Notes: generated by a model not told the origin, from the letters alone. A stretch of DNA of 49,178 bases from Aulosira sp. ZfuVER01 (GCA_034530615.2 JAVRCV020000081.1:1-49178); one strand, 5' to 3'. Counted from the first letter of the stretch, positions 1 through 9,770 are shown. A program made the numbers and translations.

Positions 1-53
1 AACTGGTTTACAAACTGTTGTTACTGTACCTCATAAACCTGCAATATGCTGTA
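1..53. mobile_element. Possible end of a Nostoc-type MITE cut by the window edge
   Basis: CTGTACCTCATAAACCTGCAATATGCTGTA resembles terminal repeats of common Nostocales MITEs (from memory). The partner end is not in the window. Confidence 0.3.
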
Positions 54-171
54 TCTGACCGTGTGCTTAATCAAGCATTAGCATTGGTAGGAGAATAGAT
101 CCGTTTTGCTTCTAACCCATGCTTGGTAAAAACCTTACAATTACCAGCAGATTTTATTACCAAGGCTATTA

Positions 172-1893
172 TTATTTATTCACCTGTACCCAAATTTCTA
201 AACTTACCAATAACCACAACTTAACACCATAACGCCCCCAAATATCGCCCTTGTATTCTAGCCAATTATGCAGTATTGATTGATTAATATAAGGAGCGAT
301 CGCACTTTTTTTACTCAACAATAATTTCCGCGCTTCTCGTTGCCAATATTTGCGAAATCCTAATTGTACAGGCACCATCATGCCACTTTTAGGGCGATGA
401 ATAATTGTCTCTGGTAAGATATCTGCAACTGCTTGTTTAAGTACGGCTTTTTCTTCTACGCCAGAAAGTTTATATTGTGGAGGAATTTGCATACTCAAAT
501 CAACAATACGTTGATCGAAAAGTGGCGATCGCCCATGTAAACCTACTGCTTGTGTTAAATTGTTTACCTTAGTCAGGATTTGATCGGCTCCTTTAAATTT
601 GATATTGAGTGCCATTAATCGATTCAAATAACTAGCATCAGAATTTAGATCTGTAGCAAATACTGATGGTGCTGTTTCTACTGCTTGCCAAACTTCTGGT
701 TGCAAAAGTTGTGGCAAATCTAATGCACATTTTTGGAAGGAAATTAGATATGCTTGCAATGAATCTTGATGAGTAACTGAGCCATATATGCTATTAATTA
801 ACATTGGCTGATTTTTCGGGCCGCCAAAACAGGGATCGCCACCTTCACCATTGAGTAAAACCTGCACGTTCTCTCGCGCCATTCTTCCCAGCAGCAGATT
901 TGGCACTGTTAAGGGATCGCCGATAGGATCGTCTAAATAAGCCATTGTCTCTGGTAGACGTTCCCACATATCGCGGAAGGTAATCTCTAGAATATGGTGC
1001 TGAGTTTGGCAATGTTTCGCAACCAAGCTAGAAAACTCTAACTCATGAGGCGATTCGCTTCCAAAATGAATTGAGTAGGTATGCACGGGTGCGTGACGAA
1101 ACTTTGCAGCTAAAGCTGTGATGCTGCTGGAATCTAAGCCACCGGAGAGAAAAACACCAACAGGTTGATTTTGTGGGAGATAATCCTGCACAACTCGATC
1201 GAGTAGAGAACGCAAGCGTTCGCCATGCCATACTAATGATCGATCCTCACCTGTAATCTGTTCTTGCAGTTCCCAATAAGCATGAACTTGTGTAGAAGCC
1301 AAATTAATCGCAGTTCCCGGACGAACTTCTCGCACCTGTTCCCAAAGCGTTCGTTCTCCTGGTACAAAGGCGCAACAGAGGTAATCTCGCAACGCCACCA
1401 AATCTAAATCTTTTGAATGATAAGGTGTAAGCGATCGCAATTTTGGAGCAATCCAGCGAACTGCACCTGTAGTAGTGTAATAGAGAGTACGGCTACCGAT
1501 GCGATCGCGTCCTAACCATAATACTTGTTCCTCCCGATCCCAAACCACGAACGCAAACATTCCTACCAACACATCCAAGCATTGCAAGCCCCATTTTTCC
1601 CAAAGTTGCGCAATCAGTTGAATATCACCACCGCAAAAGCTATTTGCATCAACCGCCAATTTTTGCAGCAACTCTACCCGATTACTTAACCAAACATCCC
1701 CAACTACCACAAATCGCTGTGTTGGACTCAGCGCAAATTCTGTATCAACTTTAGAAATAATGGCGAACTGTTCATCTCGCCACACTACATTCTCTGTGAG
1801 TGAATCTAATCTTCCCCATGCAACAAGCCATCCAGGTGTACTCTCGATAGGTGAGAGTGCAGGTTTATGACTTGGAAAAAGATTAAATCGCAT
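172..1893 (-). CDS. Asparagine synthetase B-like amide ligase lacking the N-terminal catalytic Cys
   Basis: GMFAFVVWD, RDRIG..LYY, FLSGGLDSS PP-loop, GEGGD, RSPLFD and EKAVLK..RPKSG motifs. Starts MRFNLF rather than MCG. Confidence 0.85.
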   Translation of the reverse strand: MRFNLFPSHKPALSPIESTPGWLVAWGRLDSLTENVVWRDEQFAIISKVDTEFALSPTQRFVVVGDVWLSNRVELLQKLAVDANSFCGGDIQLIAQLWEKWGLQCLDVLVGMFAFVVWDREEQVLWLGRDRIGSRTLYYTTTGAVRWIAPKLRSLTPYHSKDLDLVALRDYLCCAFVPGERTLWEQVREVRPGTAINLASTQVHAYWELQEQITGEDRSLVWHGERLRSLLDRVVQDYLPQNQPVGVFLSGGLDSSSITALAAKFRHAPVHTYSIHFGSESPHELEFSSLVAKHCQTQHHILEITFRDMWERLPETMAYLDDPIGDPLTVPNLLLGRMARENVQVLLNGEGGDPCFGGPKNQPMLINSIYGSVTHQDSLQAYLISFQKCALDLPQLLQPEVWQAVETAPSVFATDLNSDASYLNRLMALNIKFKGADQILTKVNNLTQAVGLHGRSPLFDQRIVDLSMQIPPQYKLSGVEEKAVLKQAVADILPETIIHRPKSGMMVPVQLGFRKYWQREARKLLLSKKSAIAPYINQSILHNWLEYKGDIWGRYGVKLWLLVSLEIWVQVNK

Positions 1894-2036
1894 GGCACTT
1901 TGATTCTAGTATTTTGAAAGCCACATTCAGTTGATAAATCGCTCTCAAGTTAGAGAAATATTCTCTGCTGTGGCAGAAGATTTTCTGATTCTATTCAAGT
2001 ATCTTAATGAGTTAACGAACAAATAGCTATAAGAAC

Positions 2037-2483
2037 ATGGATAACAAAGAAAATAATTTGGAGAAAAAATCAGCTGAAGCGAACATTGTTTCTCTAACAT
2101 CATCTAACGAACCGCGCTTCATTAAAATAGATGGTCAGAGACCAGTTGACCCAAGTGATTTAGAGATTCAGGATATTCTTGATATCGATGGTCAACGTCC
2201 AATTGCTAAAAGTGATTTTCAATCAGATCAAATAATTGACATTGATGGTCAACGTCCAATTGCCAAAAGTGATTTTCAGGATCGCGAAATGCTAGCTATA
2301 GACGGCCTGCGTCCAGTTGACCCCAGCGAGTTAGAAATTCAGGATACTCTCGAAATTGATGGTCAACGTCCGATTGCTAAGAGTAACTATGAGGTTAAAG
2401 ATACCCTTAATATTGATGGTCAGCGTCCCATCACTTCAAGTAACACAGAACAGGCTGAAATTACAACAGATTATGTAGATTAA
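2037..2483 (+). CDS. Acidic hypothetical protein with six 19-aa IDGQRP repeats
   Basis: 148-aa ORF with IDG(Q/L)RP(I/V)xxS(D/E/N) every 19 aa from nt 2127. Synonymous variation between repeats supports coding. Confidence 0.8.
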   Translation: MDNKENNLEKKSAEANIVSLTSSNEPRFIKIDGQRPVDPSDLEIQDILDIDGQRPIAKSDFQSDQIIDIDGQRPIAKSDFQDREMLAIDGLRPVDPSELEIQDTLEIDGQRPIAKSNYEVKDTLNIDGQRPITSSNTEQAEITTDYVD

Positions 2484-2488
2484 AATTT

Positions 2489-2932
2489 TTATTCTTTGGG
2501 ATGCCACCCTGCTGGAATAACTTTAAAATCCCAGACATCTTGAAAAACATATATGCGCTCTAACATTTCTGATGGAGAAAGAGAATTTTTGTTGCCTTCT
2601 TTCCAATCTTTTCTATCAACAGTTCCCATCACTAGATAATCATTGCCAATTATTTTAGGATTTGCTTGGAAAAATCCAGCAGCCATTAATGACTCAATTT
2701 CCTGCTTTTTCGTAATAATTAGGTCGCAGTTCTCACAATATCTACACTGCTTGTTGAGGATAAAAAGCTGTTGAGGCTGAATGTGAATTACTAAAGGAAA
2801 TTTGCGCAGCTTTGTCTTTGAATCACATTTCGGGCATTTAGTAAATGCACAATCAGAATAGTGATTGAGAAAAAACCTATGTCGTTCTTGACGCTTCTGC
2901 TCTGATAATTTTTGTGAAGTTTTTCTAGGCAT
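2489..2932 (-). CDS. Hypothetical protein with putative zinc ribbon
   Basis: 147-aa ORF with CPKC and CENC Cys pairs. Co-oriented, 33 bp downstream of the kinase. Confidence 0.7.
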   Translation of the reverse strand: MPRKTSQKLSEQKRQERHRFFLNHYSDCAFTKCPKCDSKTKLRKFPLVIHIQPQQLFILNKQCRYCENCDLIITKKQEIESLMAAGFFQANPKIIGNDYLVMGTVDRKDWKEGNKNSLSPSEMLERIYVFQDVWDFKVIPAGWHPKE

Positions 2933-2965
2933 AGCTGATTTTTATGTTGTTAAAAATCGAAAAAA

Positions 2966-5176
2966 TTACTCTGCTATAGATTTTAAATCTTCAAGGACAT
3001 CACAAGCAGATTGATAGCGATCGCTAAAATGATAACGCACCATTTTATCCAAAATCGCGGCAAATTGTTCGCTGACTTGTGCTTGAGAACGCCAGATAAT
3101 ATTGCCTGTTTCTAAATCGGGGTGAAGTTCCTGCGGTGGAATACCAGTGAGTGCTTGAATTCCAATCATCCCCAAAGCGTAAATATCACTGCACAAGCGC
3201 GGATGTCCGGCAAATTGCTCTGGTGGTGCATAACCCCGCGTTCCAATAGCTACTGTTGCTAATTCTGTTTGTTCGCTATTGGGTGGTTGCATCAATTTAA
3301 CTGCACCAAAGTCAATCAATACTAGTTGATTATCTTGAGCCGACCGAATAATATTAGCTGGTTTGATATCCCTATGAATTACCCGATGTTCATGTACAAA
3401 ATTCAGGACTTCTAAAACTCCTTTGAGTATATCAATAACTACATTTTCTGCTTGTACACTCCGTACAGGTGGTAATTCCTCAGTCAAAGTATGCCCAGGA
3501 ATATACTCTTCAACTAAATAAAATTCTTGATTATCTTCAAAATAAGCAAGCAGTTCGGGTATTTGATGATGTTTACCCAAAGCTTCTAAAATTTCGGCTT
3601 CCGTATTAAATAATCTTCTAGCAACTTCCAAAAATTTAGTATCTCGACGTGCTGGCATTAACTGTTTCACTACACAAGTAGGATTACCCGGTCGTTGAGT
3701 ATCATGTGCTAAATAAGTACAACCAAATCCACCAGAACCAAGAATTTTCGATATTTGGTAACGTCCACCTAAGAGGAAATCACCAGTTGTTTTTGCTGTC
3801 ACAATCTGGGGATTATTGTGATGATGCTGGTCTTTAATTGTTGTGTCTGTTGTAGTTTCTTTTAAGAGAATATCTAACTGTGCAATAACCTCTTTTTGTT
3901 TTTCAACTTGGAGAATAATCAACTGAGTTTGCTGCTGAGTCTGGTAGGTAGTGTAACCCATCACACTAATACCAGTAATTATCAAGGTGAGGGTAGGTGG
4001 TACTAGGGGAACCCATCCAGAAAGGAGAAACAAACCAAAGCAAATACTTATCAAACTAATGAGAGTCGTAACACCCACTACCACCAGTAGCACAGGATGC
4101 CGCAGTCGCCACGAAACAGTACCGCCCACCACAGCCCAAGCCCATATCCACAGAAATTCAGCCCAGTCAGGCCAATCCCAAATCAGGGGTCTACCATCTA
4201 AGACATTACTGATGATTTGACTTGCTATCTGTGCATGAATGTATACAGCGGGTGTTCTAGCTGGTTGTTGTGGTGAAGCGCTATAAGGTGTATATAAACC
4301 AGGATGAATACTAGGGGCAGTAGTTCCAATAATTACTAAACGGTCTTTGACTTGAGTAGGATTGACTTTATTTGTGAGGACATCTGTTAAAGTCACTTCC
4401 TGGGCGAAGTGAGCAGGGTGACGGTAATTTAATAGTAATTGGTAGCCTTGAGCATCCAAATGTTCATAGCTGCCGTAATTAGCTGTCAAAATTGGGAAGA
4501 CAGTTTTACCTATAGAAAAATGCTGTTTATCGGGAGGAAAATCTAATTCAAACCCTGCTTTCTCTAAGTAACTAATTGCTGCTAATGCTGCAAACGAAAA
4601 TTGTGTTGCACATTTTTTATCTGTAGGTTCAGCAAATACCAATCCACGCCGGATAATTTGATCGTCCTCGCTATCAGAAATCAAATCGTTATAGCCGATA
4701 TTATCTATAGGGAAGTTCGGCGGTGGCGGAATTTCTGGTCTACCGATGCTACTTAATAAGCAAGTAGCAATAATATTATTGCGATTTGGCATCCTAGCAG
4801 CCAAATTTTCTTGTCCTGGACGGTAAAGATTTAAGCCAATAACACGGGGTTGATATGACTCTAGTTTTTTTAGCAGCTGATTGATTGTATTGTCCGATAA
4901 CGGCCACTTGTGGCGTTCTAGATCTTGTTCAGTAATTGTCACCAACAAAATCCGACGATCTGGCCCTTCTACAGGACGCGATCGCAACATTTGATCGTAA
5001 ACTTTTAATTCCCAAGACTGTAACCATTTGAGTTCGCGCACTCCCCACACTAAAGCTGTCACCCCTACACTGGTGACTAGAACAATTTGCAGCCATTTCG
5101 TTGTAGGAGAACTATCCTGATAACCCCGATCTTTGGTAAATGCGCCTCGAAGTTTTTGTAATATTCCACTAATCAC
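2966..5176 (-). CDS. CHASE2-domain membrane Ser/Thr protein kinase
   Basis: N-terminal TM, CHASE2 (ILLVTITEQD..WP, LVIIG, IHAQIASQI), three TM helices, then kinase motifs LGSGGFG, VVK, HRDIKPAN, DFG and GTRGYAPPE. Confidence 0.92.
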   Translation of the reverse strand: MISGILQKLRGAFTKDRGYQDSSPTTKWLQIVLVTSVGVTALVWGVRELKWLQSWELKVYDQMLRSRPVEGPDRRILLVTITEQDLERHKWPLSDNTINQLLKKLESYQPRVIGLNLYRPGQENLAARMPNRNNIIATCLLSSIGRPEIPPPPNFPIDNIGYNDLISDSEDDQIIRRGLVFAEPTDKKCATQFSFAALAAISYLEKAGFELDFPPDKQHFSIGKTVFPILTANYGSYEHLDAQGYQLLLNYRHPAHFAQEVTLTDVLTNKVNPTQVKDRLVIIGTTAPSIHPGLYTPYSASPQQPARTPAVYIHAQIASQIISNVLDGRPLIWDWPDWAEFLWIWAWAVVGGTVSWRLRHPVLLVVVGVTTLISLISICFGLFLLSGWVPLVPPTLTLIITGISVMGYTTYQTQQQTQLIILQVEKQKEVIAQLDILLKETTTDTTIKDQHHHNNPQIVTAKTTGDFLLGGRYQISKILGSGGFGCTYLAHDTQRPGNPTCVVKQLMPARRDTKFLEVARRLFNTEAEILEALGKHHQIPELLAYFEDNQEFYLVEEYIPGHTLTEELPPVRSVQAENVVIDILKGVLEVLNFVHEHRVIHRDIKPANIIRSAQDNQLVLIDFGAVKLMQPPNSEQTELATVAIGTRGYAPPEQFAGHPRLCSDIYALGMIGIQALTGIPPQELHPDLETGNIIWRSQAQVSEQFAAILDKMVRYHFSDRYQSACDVLEDLKSIAE

Positions 5177-5287
5177 AGGATTGCGGCAATAGCCTAAATT
5201 TGGTAGATGTTAATAGCTTTGGGTTAAAAGCCGATAAACCCAAGCTTTATTTAATTTAGCAAATTACTAAAAGTTTGATACGCAGTT

Positions 5288-5657
5288 ATGAACCAGAATT
5301 TAGATGAAAAACAAGTACGCTTTCAAGGCGAAAAGATTTCAACTCGCTTAGGACATATAGCTTCTAATTTAGCGCGTATTAAATCATTCTTTAATATTGC
5401 TTATAAAGAAGCAGTACTCAGTGTAATTTTAGAAACCAAGTGGTTTATCGAATGGACAGCAGCAGAAATTGAACCGGAACAAACTGAAGAATTAGTTAAT
5501 ATTCAAGTTCAACTTGCATTGTGAGAATTAAGTTGGAATGATATTTGGTCGGATGAAAAATTGCGTGCTGAAGTTGCAGAACAAGCTGGGATTTGCTCTC
5601 AAAGAGTATTTAGATATGTCAGGCTTGCTGTCTGAATCAATAGCACCAGTTCAGTAA
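5288..5657 (+). pseudogene. Disrupted small hypothetical gene
   Basis: The ORF stops at TGA 5522-5524 (likely TGG). The frame continues ELSWNDIWSDEKLRAEVAEQ. An apparent extra T near 5610 shifts the tail LDMSGLLSES..., which ends TAA at 5657. Confidence 0.6.
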
Positions 5658-5663
5658 TAGTAT

Positions 5664-6533
5664 TTACAAGCACCAAGCAATTAAAAAGGAAGCAGCGATA
5701 TAGGCAAAAGCTTCTATTAAACCTGCACCCATATTTGGTATTTCCTGATTAACAATTTCATCAGAAATTTTCACGCCAGGTACTAAAATTAAATCGGCTA
5801 ACCAACGAATTACGATCAGCAAAACTAAGCAAAATAATAGTAACAATCCATACTGAGTGAAACTGACAACCCAGTTTTCAAATTCGGCTGCAAAGGCGAC
5901 TCGCACAATATTACCTGTAGAAATCAGTAAACCTGCTAAAGCTACACCAGCAGCCGGGTTATTGCGCCTTTCAATTTCTGCAAACACATTATATTTAGTA
6001 ATTTTGGGATAGACAAAACTCACTATTACGAGTAATCCTAAGCCAATTAACCAACATACCACAGCTACTAACCAGCCACCGCTTTCACCAGCTAAAGCAG
6101 CATTTAAAATCAATCCATTAGCGATGTGATTCCCTGCTTCTACACTAGCAGCACCAACGTTACGGTCTTGGATGATTTCTCGTTCACAATTAAAGTGACG
6201 CAAAATCAATCGATCGCCTACCCATGCACCTGCTAACATTAATAAAATTACTGTTGCACCGTAGCTAACCAAATTAAGTACTTTATCTTGCCAATTAACT
6301 GCACTTTGACCGAGAACACTACCTAAAGCAATTACTATACCAAAATAGTAACCGACTAAGGCAATGGCAACAGCGGGATTATCTTTAACAAACAGTTCTA
6401 AATTCAATTCCATTCGCCGCCGAAACAGCTTTTGATAAGCTAACTGTCCCAGCCAAAATAAGCCAAAACCAACTAATAACTCTAGTAAAATAACTCCTAA
6501 TTGCGTAAGTAATTGGATAATGTTTTCGTTCAT
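5664..6533 (-). CDS. DUF350 family membrane protein (duplicated domain)
   Basis: About 8 TM helices with repeated 'E(I)..N.A.(A/G)..L.G' motifs (KDNPAVAIALVG, DRNVGAA, RNNPAAGVALAG, PNMGAG). Overlaps the upstream gene by 4 bp. Confidence 0.8.
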   Translation of the reverse strand: MNENIIQLLTQLGVILLELLVGFGLFWLGQLAYQKLFRRRMELNLELFVKDNPAVAIALVGYYFGIVIALGSVLGQSAVNWQDKVLNLVSYGATVILLMLAGAWVGDRLILRHFNCEREIIQDRNVGAASVEAGNHIANGLILNAALAGESGGWLVAVVCWLIGLGLLVIVSFVYPKITKYNVFAEIERRNNPAAGVALAGLLISTGNIVRVAFAAEFENWVVSFTQYGLLLLFCLVLLIVIRWLADLILVPGVKISDEIVNQEIPNMGAGLIEAFAYIAASFLIAWCL

Positions 6534-7585
6534 TTGCTACCACCTACCAGGTTTTGGAATAAGCTAATTAGCGTATCAGCCAACTGGTCATAAAAGAAAT
6601 AATCGTGAGCGCCTATAGTAGTTATAGGTGTACCACCAAACTGACTTTTAAATTGCGAAAATTTAGCATAGCTATGATTTTTATCCTGGGTAAAACCATA
6701 GAAATCATAAAATTGACAACCGCGAATTTTTGCCCTTTGCATCGCCTCCCAGTGTAAGCCGTAATTTGCCATAACTTGTGGATGAGCTAAACTGCGTCCA
6801 CCATATAAATAAGTAGCAATATTACCGCAATATACAACTAAAACTGCTGCTAGAATCTCGCCTTGCCAATAAGCTAAACCAATTTCTGCCATATCAGCTG
6901 CAAATAAAGTTTGGCAAAGATTGATGAAAAAGCCGTAAGGTTCGCCAAAAAACTGCTGACGCTGTACAGTTTCCCAAAACAAGTCATAAAATAAGGGAAT
7001 TTTTTGAGAATCGCTGCTAAATTCTGTTGTCACACCATAGCGTTGGCTCAGTCGGATATTGTAGCGTCCCTTCGGCCTCATTGCTGCTAATATTTGGCTA
7101 GGATCTGGGCGTAAATCTATTAATAAAGTTTCACTTGGTAGTAAGTCAGCAGGTGCGCGGACAAAGTTTTGAATATACTCAGGTTTATTTTGCCATAAGG
7201 GTTCAATCCGCAGTGCGATCGCTCCTAATTTTTGCGCTAATTCTTTGGCTTTATTTAACAATAATTCTATGGCTGCTTCTGGAGATTTCTCTGGTAATAT
7301 TGGGCCGCCAGGAGCAATTAATAAATTGGCTTTGTTAGAATGGGGATATAAATAAAATATACATCCTCCGATTAATTTACTATTTTCAAATAATCCCAAG
7401 CGAAAGGTTTTATAACCCTCTATCTCTTTAAAATCTGCCCAAATCGAAGTTTGCATAAAGCAACTGTGAGGCAAATTTTTGATTAGCAAGTCCCAATTAT
7501 GATACTCTGCTGTATTTAATTCTTTAACGGTTAATTTTACATCCTGTTTTTCTAATGGATTTTTTATAGCATTACTTGTTTTCAT
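6530..7585 (-). CDS. FemAB/FemX-family (GNAT-fold) aminoacyltransferase-like protein
   Basis: FMQTSIWADFK, LRIEP, KGRYNIRLSQRYGV, YLYGG, YDFYG and FKSQFGG motifs typical of FemABX. Confidence 0.85.
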   Translation of the reverse strand: MKTSNAIKNPLEKQDVKLTVKELNTAEYHNWDLLIKNLPHSCFMQTSIWADFKEIEGYKTFRLGLFENSKLIGGCIFYLYPHSNKANLLIAPGGPILPEKSPEAAIELLLNKAKELAQKLGAIALRIEPLWQNKPEYIQNFVRAPADLLPSETLLIDLRPDPSQILAAMRPKGRYNIRLSQRYGVTTEFSSDSQKIPLFYDLFWETVQRQQFFGEPYGFFINLCQTLFAADMAEIGLAYWQGEILAAVLVVYCGNIATYLYGGRSLAHPQVMANYGLHWEAMQRAKIRGCQFYDFYGFTQDKNHSYAKFSQFKSQFGGTPITTIGAHDYFFYDQLADTLISLFQNLVGGSK

Positions 7586-7620
7586 GAATCATTTTATTGT
7601 TGCTACTTAACAGTGTATTT

Positions 7621-7653
7621 AGATCCCCGATTTCTTCAAGAAGTCGGGGATCT
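7621..7653. repeat. REP-like palindrome inside the operon
   Basis: AGATCCCCGATTTCTT-c-AAGAAGTCGGGGATCT, a near-perfect inverted repeat between two co-oriented genes. Confidence 0.75.
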
Positions 7654-7668
7654 GGAGTAATCTCATCT

Positions 7669-9120
7669 TTATTCATCTTTTGGGCGTGAGAATAAACTAC
7701 TTAACCAGATTCCGCCTATGCTAGTTAACACAAAACCTGTAATTTTATTACCAAAGCTTCCGTCATCACCGATATAACCACCACTACTGCTACTGCTACT
7801 ACCAGAATAGTAACCTTTAGCAAATACTGAATCTGGTGCTACTAAATTTGCCATTAATAGTGTTACCGAGAGTATGGCAATAAATTCAAGTGTTTGCGGA
7901 GGTAGCTTTGCTAGGGGCTGATTAGAGTTAATTTTATCAGCTAATCTTTTTAAATCGCTGGCAATTTGTGGTGGTAGTTCCTGCGCTCTGCCTAGTAGAC
8001 TATTCAATAACTCTTTAATATCAATTTCTGCCAATAATTCTTTGATATTTGCTAACCACTCTAATGTCATATTTTGGCTATGGTAGGAATGACGCACAGG
8101 TAAATATCGATTGATATCTGGTAAATTTTCCTGTGCTGTTGGGTTAGAGTAAATATTTTCTATCCAAAACTTTGCTACTGATTCTAAATCTAGTAAATCG
8201 CCTTCACCAGTTTGGGCTGTAACCTGTTCTTCAATATCTAAAAAATCAATGCTGGCATCAGATTGTAAGTCTAAATATTCTTGATTAGATGTAGAATTTA
8301 ATAGATAATAAAACAATTGCGGACTATCTAAAGTGTGAATTATTACATCATGCCGAGATTGTGCAATTACACTCTTAAATACAAAGGCGTTGAATAGCTG
8401 GCTATGAGTAATAAAATCTAAGTCATCTGGGAAATCTAGTGTTTCTATTTCATCTCGCGTAATTGCTTGCGATGAGGCTAAAAAGAAACCCCAATTACCA
8501 TAACCATGATCGGCAAATGAAGGGATAGTTAGGTGTAAAGGCTTGACTGTCAAATCTGCTGATAGCAACGTTTGATATAAACACCAAAAACCCTTTGTTC
8601 TCTTTTGGGGAGAAACGCCGTTAGTACAAATTACTCCCGAAGGTATCAAAACGCGATGGAGTTCTTGAAACCATTCTCGACTGTATATCCTGGTGTCTTC
8701 TGAGGAATGGGGATAAGTAAAATCACAAATAATAGCGTGATAGTAATTATCTGGTATTTGAGAAACAAATTCAAAGGCTTCTTGAGTATGGACAGTTAAC
8801 TTATCTGAATCTAAACTACCCAAATTATAAGGTTTAAATACAGTTGTTGCTAGTTCTAAAACTTCGGGATTGTAATCTACCAAAGCAATTTCTTGAATTT
8901 GCGTAAATCGTAATACATCCCTGGCTGCTAATCCATCTCCACCACCACAAATCAACACACGCAAAGATGTTTGGGGAAATCTTTTAATTGCTAAAGCTAT
9001 TGCCGGAATTACCAAATACTCATGATATATTGCCTCATCAGCAGTATCAAACTGCAAATCTCCATTTATATAAAAGGCAATACCATCATCATGCTGCTCA
9101 ATAAATAATGAATTAGGCAT
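7669..9120 (-). CDS. Spermidine synthase-like aminopropyltransferase with long C-terminal extension
   Basis: LQFDTADEAIYHE, VLICGGGDGLAARDVL, DFTYP, IYSREWF and IPSF..WGF motifs. About 200 extra C-terminal residues with hydrophobic and Gly/Ser-rich segments. Confidence 0.85.
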   Translation of the reverse strand: MPNSLFIEQHDDGIAFYINGDLQFDTADEAIYHEYLVIPAIALAIKRFPQTSLRVLICGGGDGLAARDVLRFTQIQEIALVDYNPEVLELATTVFKPYNLGSLDSDKLTVHTQEAFEFVSQIPDNYYHAIICDFTYPHSSEDTRIYSREWFQELHRVLIPSGVICTNGVSPQKRTKGFWCLYQTLLSADLTVKPLHLTIPSFADHGYGNWGFFLASSQAITRDEIETLDFPDDLDFITHSQLFNAFVFKSVIAQSRHDVIIHTLDSPQLFYYLLNSTSNQEYLDLQSDASIDFLDIEEQVTAQTGEGDLLDLESVAKFWIENIYSNPTAQENLPDINRYLPVRHSYHSQNMTLEWLANIKELLAEIDIKELLNSLLGRAQELPPQIASDLKRLADKINSNQPLAKLPPQTLEFIAILSVTLLMANLVAPDSVFAKGYYSGSSSSSSGGYIGDDGSFGNKITGFVLTSIGGIWLSSLFSRPKDE

Positions 9121-9128
9121 TTCCGAAT

Positions 9129-9770
9129 TTATCCAAATATCATCATTGAAATTCCTACAAGTAATAGCGCTACTGCTACTAATATCTGCAAAACATAACC
9201 TATATTACTCAGCCAGTCGCTATTATTTAGCGTTCCTGCTTTTTGAATCTGGTAAAATTCATCAGGACGCACTACCTTACTAGTGTAAATATCTAATTGA
9301 TGATGAGCAAAAGCTTCAATAGCTAAATTCATTTGATGCGCTTCATCCCAATAATCCCAAGTAATGCGATTTCTGTTTTCTCCTTCTGTCTGATATTCAC
9401 CTTCAGTTTGAGACTCGAAATAATAATGCTTATAAAAAAGAATTAATTCAGGATATGGCTCTGCTTGGGTTTGCATATTTTTCCATAGCCTGGGTACGAT
9501 ATTTTCTTGAGAATCTGGGAGAAGCAGACGAGGATTTTCTAATGAGTTAGCAAGATACCAAGTTATAGAGACTGGCTTTTGCTCTGGGTCAAATTCTCGC
9601 AGTAAGTAATATTCAGCTCCCCCTTTAGAACGCAGCAACCACTCATCAGTTAAATACCCGTGAGGATCTTGATATGTGCTGTAGTCTTCTATATGCCAAT
9701 CGACATCATGATATCTAACGCGATCGCCTGGACGCAACTCCTGAAGTTGGGTTTGAGTAACAATAGCCAT
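9129..9770 (-). CDS. DUF4178 domain protein with C-terminal TM helix
   Basis: LRPGDRV..WHIE..Y..EWLL, YWDY and LAIE pattern, plus a hydrophobic C-terminus. Context with spermidine synthase and DUF350. Confidence 0.75.
   Translation of the reverse strand: MAIVTQTQLQELRPGDRVRYHDVDWHIEDYSTYQDPHGYLTDEWLLRSKGGAEYYLLREFDPEQKPVSITWYLANSLENPRLLLPDSQENIVPRLWKNMQTQAEPYPELILFYKHYYFESQTEGEYQTEGENRNRITWDYWDEAHQMNLAIEAFAHHQLDIYTSKVVRPDEFYQIQKAGTLNNSDWLSNIGYVLQILVAVALLLVGISMMIFG

Noticed and set aside
172..2483. Complete lasso peptide gene cluster
   Set aside because: No RRE, transglutaminase-like peptidase or leader with Thr at -2 is visible. Kept only as a speculative finding.
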